A DNA stretch of 49,194 nucleotides, from positions 1 through 49,194 of the forward strand of contig JAJQES010000026.1 of assembly GCA_021201565.1 (NCBI GenBank). The letters run 5' to 3'. Positions within the stretch are counted from its first letter, which is position 1; every line of letters begins with the position of its first letter. Source of the stretch: Tannerellaceae bacterium (GTDB lineage Bacteria; Bacteroidota; Bacteroidia; Bacteroidales; Tannerellaceae). The notes below the pieces were generated by a model that did no database searches, was not told the DNA's origin, and was given only the letters and a program-made list of their open reading frames with translations. A program made the position numbers and the translations under genes. Of the stretch, positions 43,527-49,194 are shown one piece after another.

Positions 43527-44735
43527 TTACGAAAGGGCCGCGATAGCGGTTCCGATCAGGTTGGCATTTTCCATTTGTTCTACATAAATATGTATCCGGG
43601 GGTGTCCCAACTCTTTCAACAAATGATGTAATTCCTGCATGACAATCTCTTTATAATTTTTACCATGCCGGTCTTCGCTCCAAAAGAGACTCCCTTCTGC
43701 CACGAGGCAAATCCGGTGTAAATGCTCATTCTGTTCTAAAAGGACCAGGATCAATCCGGCCAGGGAAGCGGCTACCAATTTAGCCGAACGTTTATAAATC
43801 CACCGGGCGACTCTGACATATTTCTTTTTATGGATATCCGGGTATCCCATCAGGGTCGTCAGTTTGCGGGCATCAAATTGTTCCTCGAATTCATCAAACG
43901 GGAAAACTGTTTGCAGGATCTCTCCCTGATACATGCCGGAGACAGCTTTTTCAAACCGCTGTTTTCCCCGGTTATCCGAACAGGCATCTACCGTATCATC
44001 CACCGCGGTCAGATAAGGAGGATAAAAATTCCCGGATTCCAGATTAACCGGAATAAGCGTATCCGGTAACTCTTTTCCTTTTAGTTTTCCGATCTGCGAA
44101 GAGTGAATGAAAGTGGCCATGTTGGTGCCGGTTCCCACAATCAAACCAATATAGGCATCATACCCGGCGTGAGACAAACCGGCAAATAAACTGGCTACCG
44201 TATCGTTGATTACCTTGATACCCGTAAATTTCGGTTCTGTCAGTGTGTTGAAATATTGCAGCAGAGGATGTCCGATGGGTTGTCCGACCATTTCCGGAAT
44301 ATCCACTCCTTTGGTCCAGCGCAAAAGCCGTGCGTCACCATCCGGTAAAGATTCTGCCGGATACGAAAAACAATAGCCGATCGGCATTTCTTGTTCCCGC
44401 TTTATTTCATTGATAGGATCAGCCTGTTGCCGGAAAAGTTGTTCCCGGGTAAAACCAGGTGTTTTCATACGGGAAAGATCCATCTTCCAGCCATTCTCCG
44501 GATGAAGAACCGATTTTCCATCCACAAATCCGACAGTTCCCACTCTGTAATTTGTCCCTCCTAAATCCAGTACAAGAGCTCTCCCATTTATCCGGTCCGT
44601 CTTCGGATACACATACGTAGGTATGCACTGCACTTCCTGGTCTTCTTCTGCCAGTCCCTCCCCGACTCTTTTATGCAATAGTTCCGCAATGTCTATCAAT
44701 TGACGGGTGGAAAGTTTAAATATGTTTCTTTTCAT
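43527..44735 (-). CDS. hexokinase (eukaryote-type hexokinase family)
   Basis: LDLGGTNYRV and LIVGTGTNMA hexokinase signature motifs; 402 aa. Confidence 0.8.
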   Translation of the reverse strand: MKRNIFKLSTRQLIDIAELLHKRVGEGLAEEDQEVQCIPTYVYPKTDRINGRALVLDLGGTNYRVGTVGFVDGKSVLHPENGWKMDLSRMKTPGFTREQLFRQQADPINEIKREQEMPIGYCFSYPAESLPDGDARLLRWTKGVDIPEMVGQPIGHPLLQYFNTLTEPKFTGIKVINDTVASLFAGLSHAGYDAYIGLIVGTGTNMATFIHSSQIGKLKGKELPDTLIPVNLESGNFYPPYLTAVDDTVDACSDNRGKQRFEKAVSGMYQGEILQTVFPFDEFEEQFDARKLTTLMGYPDIHKKKYVRVARWIYKRSAKLVAASLAGLILVLLEQNEHLHRICLVAEGSLFWSEDRHGKNYKEIVMQELHHLLKELGHPRIHIYVEQMENANLIGTAIAALS

Positions 44736-44973
44736 GTTGGATAGGTTTTAACTTGTATGAAATATAACAAACAATGGCTTCATAAAGATATACAAAGAAA
44801 GAAGATTCTTTTTAGAAAAATGGAAGTGGCTGTTTCTCAGTATTGAATTCTTTTTTATTTTTATAAATATCTTTTTTTTGTAAAAATTCCCGGTAAAATA
44901 TTGGGTCATATTAAATAAAATATTTTATCTTTGCATCATAACGTAAGGGCTTAGATAAGTCCTATACATTTTT

Positions 44974-45034
44974 TCATAGTTAGGTTTTGGTTAAAATGGT
45001 AAGTCCGGGGTCGTGAGATTCTGGACTTTTTTTA
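44974..45034 (+). ncRNA. candidate small RNA, copy 2
   Basis: tcatagttaggttttggttaaaatgg, then AGTCCGGggtcgtgagattCTGGACT plus T7. The stem has a G.U pair only on the plus strand. Possible -7 box TATCTTTG at 44926-44933. Confidence 0.4.
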
Positions 45035-45074
45035 TAAAAAAAGACGATTCATTTAACCGGATAAGAGGAGTTAT

Positions 45075-45956
45075 TTACAGCAAAAGAACCACCAATAATA
45101 CGGCATAAATAAACACATTCCTGGCCGTATCTCCCAATGTTTTATTCAGGCTTTTGCCTTCCCGTTTGACTAACTGGCACCAGGTAAGAATAAAGAGAAC
45201 TATATACAAAATAAACAGCAGAATTTTCCAGTAGGAATCCGTATGCAAAAGCGGAGAGGTAAAAAGAAAGGCGAGTGCCCCATTTAATAAATAAAAATAC
45301 CGTCCGAATGTCCGCCCAAACAATACAATTGTTGTCCGTTTTCCGGCCCGGGCATCCTGGATATAATCCCGGTAATTATTTACCACAAGAATATTGATTG
45401 AAAGAAATCCGGTTGCCAGTGATAATAAAAAAGTAAGTGTACTAAATGAATGCGCCTGTACATAATAGGTAAAACAAACCGGGATGATTCCATAAAACAA
45501 TAATACACACACATCTCCGAGTCCGATATAGGCCAATGGATAAGGACCTGCGGAATAGGCCAGAACCGCAACCGCAATAGCCACGCCCACCAGCAGTAAC
45601 TCCCATCCCGACAACCAGACTAACCCCAGTCCGCAGAGACAGGCCAGCCCTAACGAAATGAACGTACCTTTCAGCATACTCCCCGGAGTGATCCATCCGG
45701 ATGCGACTGCCCGTTCGGGACCTAACCGTTCTTCCGTATCAGCGCCTTTCCTGAAATCAAAATAATCATTTGCAAAATTACTGGCAATCTGGGCAAACAA
45801 CGCTACCAGGAGACATAGGATAGCGGGTTGCCACTGAAAGACCCCTTCTTTATAGGCCAATGCACACCCCACGATCACCGGACTGACGGATGCAGGCAAT
45901 GTTTTTGGGCGGGCAGCCTCTATCCAGGCCCGGTAAAGTGATTTTTCTTTGCTCAT
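45075..45956 (-). CDS. menA: 1,4-dihydroxy-2-naphthoate polyprenyltransferase
   Basis: UbiA family, NDYFDFRKGAD motif, 293 aa, multi-TM. Confidence 0.9.
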   Translation of the reverse strand: MSKEKSLYRAWIEAARPKTLPASVSPVIVGCALAYKEGVFQWQPAILCLLVALFAQIASNFANDYFDFRKGADTEERLGPERAVASGWITPGSMLKGTFISLGLACLCGLGLVWLSGWELLLVGVAIAVAVLAYSAGPYPLAYIGLGDVCVLLFYGIIPVCFTYYVQAHSFSTLTFLLSLATGFLSINILVVNNYRDYIQDARAGKRTTIVLFGRTFGRYFYLLNGALAFLFTSPLLHTDSYWKILLFILYIVLFILTWCQLVKREGKSLNKTLGDTARNVFIYAVLLVVLLL

Positions 45957-46013
45957 TCTTATTATTTATCTTTTCTACATACAAAAGTAAAACAAAAACC
46001 TTAACTTTGCGAT

Positions 46014-46409
46014 ATGAAGAACCTCATCCTACTCATTCTTTTGTTCACAGGTCTGGCATTATTTGAAATGCCGGCTAAGCCTGTTACGGAAGATCCTGCG
46101 GAATTACCTTCCACCGGACTGATACGAGAAAGTTCTTCTGATATGGAGGAATGCCTGGAAATCCTAAGCAAAGATCTAAAGACCAGCCATTTTCTGACTC
46201 CACGCAGAAATATCCAACAGTTCCGGCAAACCATTAATTCCCGGGTCATTAAACATATAACTAAACTTTTACGGGATTCACGTTTAAAAGGAGAGCAGAA
46301 ACTTTGTAAAATATCACACATACATTCTCATCGTCTAACCATTCATTTATATTCTCTTCTCTGCCGTAGAGGATATCATATTTATGCTCTGCGGAAAATT
46401 CTTATTTAA
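46014..46409 (+). CDS. hypothetical secreted protein
   Basis: Signal peptide MKNLILLILLFTGLALF. No family recognised. Competes with the antisense ORF 46001..46321. Confidence 0.4.
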   Translation: MKNLILLILLFTGLALFEMPAKPVTEDPAELPSTGLIRESSSDMEECLEILSKDLKTSHFLTPRRNIQQFRQTINSRVIKHITKLLRDSRLKGEQKLCKISHIHSHRLTIHLYSLLCRRGYHIYALRKILI

Positions 46410-46544
46410 CGAATAGTTATCCTGTTTTTTATCATTTATAGTCTTTCCGGAAGGTAGTATATGCATTCCGGAAAAGTGAGTTGTGTATATGGCTTATAAC
46501 CATATACCATATAAATTATTGTATAACTATTCAATTTAAAAGAG

Positions 46545-46751
46545 ATGTCTTCAAATAAAAAAAATTTCAACATATATATATTCATATTACTTACTGTAGC
46601 AGGTATTGTTCTGGCCTGTAGTTCTGTTATCACCAACGATTACCTGAAACTGGTAATTGTAATGGTAACCTTAGCGATCGGTTTATTCGGAATTATGAAA
46701 TCATTAAGTAATCCGGTTGAGAAAGAAGAAGAAAAAACAACAAAAGAATAA
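46545..46751 (+). CDS. small two-TM membrane protein (paralog 1)
   Basis: 68 aa, two hydrophobic helices joined by ITNDY, acidic tail. Confidence 0.45.
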   Translation: MSSNKKNFNIYIFILLTVAGIVLACSSVITNDYLKLVIVMVTLAIGLFGIMKSLSNPVEKEEEKTTKE

Positions 46752-46775
46752 ACCTTTCCTAAAATACAGTATAAA

Positions 46776-46961
46776 ATGAAAATAAATAAAGACCTGATGG
46801 ACGCCCTGATGATGATTTCTTTCATCATCCTTGTATTGGTTGGGACAACTGATTTCACAAATATGGCTTATAAATACACGTTAATGGGTGTATGCGGAGC
46901 GGTTGTTGCCCTATCCGTAATAGGAAGAATTATGAGAACCAAAAAAATAAAAGAGGAATAA
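46776..46961 (+). CDS. small two-TM membrane protein (paralog 2)
   Basis: 61 aa, same helix-(D)FTN-helix layout, basic tail. Confidence 0.45.
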   Translation: MKINKDLMDALMMISFIILVLVGTTDFTNMAYKYTLMGVCGAVVALSVIGRIMRTKKIKEE

Positions 46962-47195
46962 TCTGATATTCTTTTTTTGATTCAACCGGCCCTGTATCTG
47001 TACACGTAGTGATTGCGGGTATATTCATAATGTATTTTTGACTATCACTCTATTTACTTGCTATATAACAATATGAACAGGAATTTTCCTGAAGATAAGG
47101 GGCCGGTATTGAATCAAATGACTCACCTACAACTTATTCGCAAAACTGACCCAAACCTGTAAAAGTTTTTTTCTTTTTATATACAAAAGAATTAT

Positions 47196-47203
47196 TACCT
47201 TTG
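47196..47203 (+). promoter_or_regulatory. candidate -7 box of the oxidoreductase operon
   Basis: TACCTTTG, 55 nt upstream of ATG 47258. Confidence 0.4.
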
Positions 47204-47257
47204 GACAATCAACCTGAATAATAACAGCGCAGGTTTATACGTTAAAACAAATATGAT

Positions 47258-47485
47258 ATGGCGAAAATAAAAGGGACTGTAGTTGTGAATACAGAACGGT
47301 GCAAGGGATGTGACCTTTGTGTAGTAGCCTGCCCCTCAGACGTATTGGAACTACATCCACGAGAAGTAAATAATAAAGGATACCATTATGTGTATATGAA
47401 AGCTCCTGACCTTTGTATTGGTTGCGCCAATTGTGGATTAGTCTGTCCTGACGGCTGTCTTACTATTTATAAAGTAAAAATCTAA
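47258..47485 (+). CDS. 4Fe-4S dicluster ferredoxin subunit of 2-oxoacid:ferredoxin oxidoreductase
   Basis: CKGCDLCVVACP and CIGCANCGLVCP. Confidence 0.9.
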   Translation: MAKIKGTVVVNTERCKGCDLCVVACPSDVLELHPREVNNKGYHYVYMKAPDLCIGCANCGLVCPDGCLTIYKVKI

Positions 47486-47499
47486 GTAGCATTTTCACT

Positions 47500-48579
47500 A
47501 TGAAGGAAGATATCAAACTGATGAAGGGCAATGAGGCAATCGCTCATGCCGCTATTCGTTACGGGGCAGATGGCTATTTTGGCTATCCTATTACTCCTCA
47601 ATCTGAAATTCTGGAAACCCTAATGGCTGAAAAGCCCTGGGAAACGACCGGCATGGTGGTATTACAGGCGGAAAGTGAAGTGGCTGCTATCAATATGGTA
47701 TATGGCGGAGCCGGGAGCGGCAAACGAGTATTGACCTCCTCTTCCAGTCCGGGTATCAGCCTGAAACAGGAAGGAATCTCGTATATCGCCGGAGCAGATC
47801 TACCCTGCCTGATTGTAAATATTATGCGTGGAGGTCCCGGCCTGGGAACTATCCAACCCAGCCAGGCTGACTATTTCCAGACAGTCAAGGGAGGCGGTCA
47901 TGGCGACTACCGCCTGATCACACTTGCCCCTTCTTCTGTGCAGGAGATGGCCGATTTTGTAGGATTAGGTTTTGACCTGGCTTTTAAATATTCCAATCCC
48001 TCTATGATATTGGCTGACGGGATCATTGGACAGATGATGGAGAAAGTGGTTTTACCTCCTTACCAGCGCCGCAAGTCAGAAGAGGAGATCCGGGCAGAAT
48101 CTCCGTGGGCTACCCAGGGAAAGACTAAAAACCGGAAGCCGAATATTATTACTTCGCTGGAACTGGATCCGGCCAAAATGGAGGAAAACAACATTCGTTT
48201 CCAGGAAAAATATAAACGAATTGAAGAAAACGAAGTCCGTTACGAAGAGTATCAGTGTGAAGATGCTGACTATCTTCTGGTCGCATTCGGATCCGCTGCA
48301 CGTATCTGCCAGAAGGTGGTAGAGACCGGACGGGCGGAAGGGATAAAGATCGGCTTATTACGTCCCATTACTTTATGGCCTTTCCCATCACAGGTAATTG
48401 CTTCGTATGGTGAAAAGGTAAAAGGTATGCTATCCGTAGAGTTAAATGCCGGTCAAATGGTAGAAGATGTACGTTTAGCGGTGAACGGAAAAACAGCAGT
48501 AGAACATTTCGGACGTCTGGGAGGAATTGTATTTACTCCCGATGAAGTGTTGAAAGCCCTGAAAGAAAAATTAGTATAA
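47500..48579 (+). CDS. 2-oxoacid:ferredoxin oxidoreductase alpha subunit (KorA/VorB-like)
   Basis: 359 aa, pyruvate flavodoxin/ferredoxin oxidoreductase core domain pattern, operon context. Confidence 0.85.
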   Translation: MKEDIKLMKGNEAIAHAAIRYGADGYFGYPITPQSEILETLMAEKPWETTGMVVLQAESEVAAINMVYGGAGSGKRVLTSSSSPGISLKQEGISYIAGADLPCLIVNIMRGGPGLGTIQPSQADYFQTVKGGGHGDYRLITLAPSSVQEMADFVGLGFDLAFKYSNPSMILADGIIGQMMEKVVLPPYQRRKSEEEIRAESPWATQGKTKNRKPNIITSLELDPAKMEENNIRFQEKYKRIEENEVRYEEYQCEDADYLLVAFGSAARICQKVVETGRAEGIKIGLLRPITLWPFPSQVIASYGEKVKGMLSVELNAGQMVEDVRLAVNGKTAVEHFGRLGGIVFTPDEVLKALKEKLV

Positions 48580-48591
48580 ATAAGGAAGAAT

Positions 48592-48762
48592 ATGCGCGGA
48601 AGTAAACTGGACGAATTAATGACGCTGCTTTTTATGATACTGGCAGCTGTTGCAGTCTTAGTGGTCTTCATCACCAATAACCGGCAATATTTTTTGGTGA
48701 TTGCCGGTATCGCTGTTGTCATCAGACTGGTGCAATACTTGCTGAGATTTGTCAAAAAATAA
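48592..48762 (+). CDS. small two-TM membrane protein (paralog 3), between the alpha and beta subunit genes
   Basis: Hand-translated, below the ORF-track cutoff: MRGSKLDELMTLLFMILAAVAVLVVFITNNRQYFLVIAGIAVVIRLVQYLLRFVKK (56 aa). Confidence 0.4.
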   Translation: MRGSKLDELMTLLFMILAAVAVLVVFITNNRQYFLVIAGIAVVIRLVQYLLRFVKK

Positions 48763-48808
48763 AAGGATAATTGTCTATTTACCATGGACAATTATGAATT
48801 GAAAGAGT

Positions 48809-49194
48809 ATGGAAACAAACGAAATGATAAAGCCTGAAAACCTGGTATATGAAAAACCCGGGTTAATGAACGAAAATCCGATGCATTATTGCCCCGGATG
48901 TAGTCATGGTGTCATCCATAAACTGATTGCCGAAGTGATTGAAGAGATGGGCATGGAGGAAAGAACAATCGGAGTTTCTCCTGTAGGCTGTGCCGTATTT
49001 GCTTACAATTACCTGGATATCGACTGGATCGAAGCTGCCCACGGTAGGGCTCCGGCAGTTGCAACCGCCTTAAAACGGCTGAATCCGGATAAAATGATCT
49101 TCACCTATCAGGGAGACGGAGACCTGGCTGCCATTGGAACAGCGGAAACTATTCACGCTGCCAATCGCGGAGAAAATATCGTTATCGTTTTTGT
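48809..49194 (+). CDS. 2-oxoacid:ferredoxin oxidoreductase beta (TPP-binding) subunit, 3' end outside the window
   Basis: Hand-translated: [38 protein letters not shown] ... [14 protein letters not shown] (TPP GDGD motif). Open to the window end. Confidence 0.85.
   Translation, partial: METNEMIKPENLVYEKPGLMNENPMHYCPGCSHGVIHKLIAEVIEEMGMEERTIGVSPVGCAVFAYNYLDIDWIEAAHGRAPAVATALKRLNPDKMIFTYQGDGDLAAIGTAETIHAANRGENIVIVF

Noticed and set aside
46001-46321. 106-aa minus-strand ORF antisense to 46014-46409.
   Set aside because: The plus-strand ORF has a signal peptide and a sensible divergent arrangement with menA. The minus ORF has none. Neither is strongly supported, so the plus one is reported at low confidence.

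Overview
49.2-kb chromosomal segment that looks Bacteroidota/Bacteroidales. The basis is inference from TAnnTTTG -7 boxes, absence of Shine-Dalgarno sites, a SusC-like N-terminal module, lipoprotein and TAT signals, and gene content. About 40 protein genes, mostly housekeeping. They include recJ-recQ, a beta-carbonic anhydrase and a DJ-1/PfpI protein. A rhamnose locus carries a GH78-like rhamnosidase, a CE7 esterase and rhaB-rhaA-rhaT-rhaD on the minus strand, with a divergent AraC-type rhaR. Also present: secreted msrA and msrB, a TAT-exported Fe-S aldo/keto reductase, a 1098-aa SusC-N-terminus/vWA/DUF2135 chimera, pncC-tsaD, tamB, an OM beta-barrel, a C69 dipeptidase, nfo, a hotdog thioesterase and an MscS channel. 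The rest are one IS4-family insertion sequence, PBP1A, DUF2148 plus a long KamA-family radical SAM gene next to a GNAT, a eukaryote-type hexokinase, menA, and a 2-oxoacid:ferredoxin oxidoreductase operon whose beta subunit runs off the 3' end. No rRNA, tRNA or CRISPR array was seen. I could not identify a recognisable novel multi-gene defence or biosynthetic cassette. The unexplained signal is in the intergenic DNA, which holds several families of short structured repeats. (1) Long hairpin elements with heptad-periodic stems fill every intercistronic spacer of the rha operon and recur in two unrelated operons. (2) An IS4 element has nested terminal repeats, and a 408-bp non-autonomous relative has hairpins that covary. 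(3) Two ~190-bp elements share flanks but carry their internal ~107 nt in opposite orientation. (4) Small hairpin units keep conserved flanks while their stems change in a compensatory way. (5) There are exactly 22-bp-phased arrays of short palindromes. (6) Two copies of a promoter-to-terminator unit look like a small RNA. All functional readings of these repeats are inference and need genome-wide and transcriptome checks.
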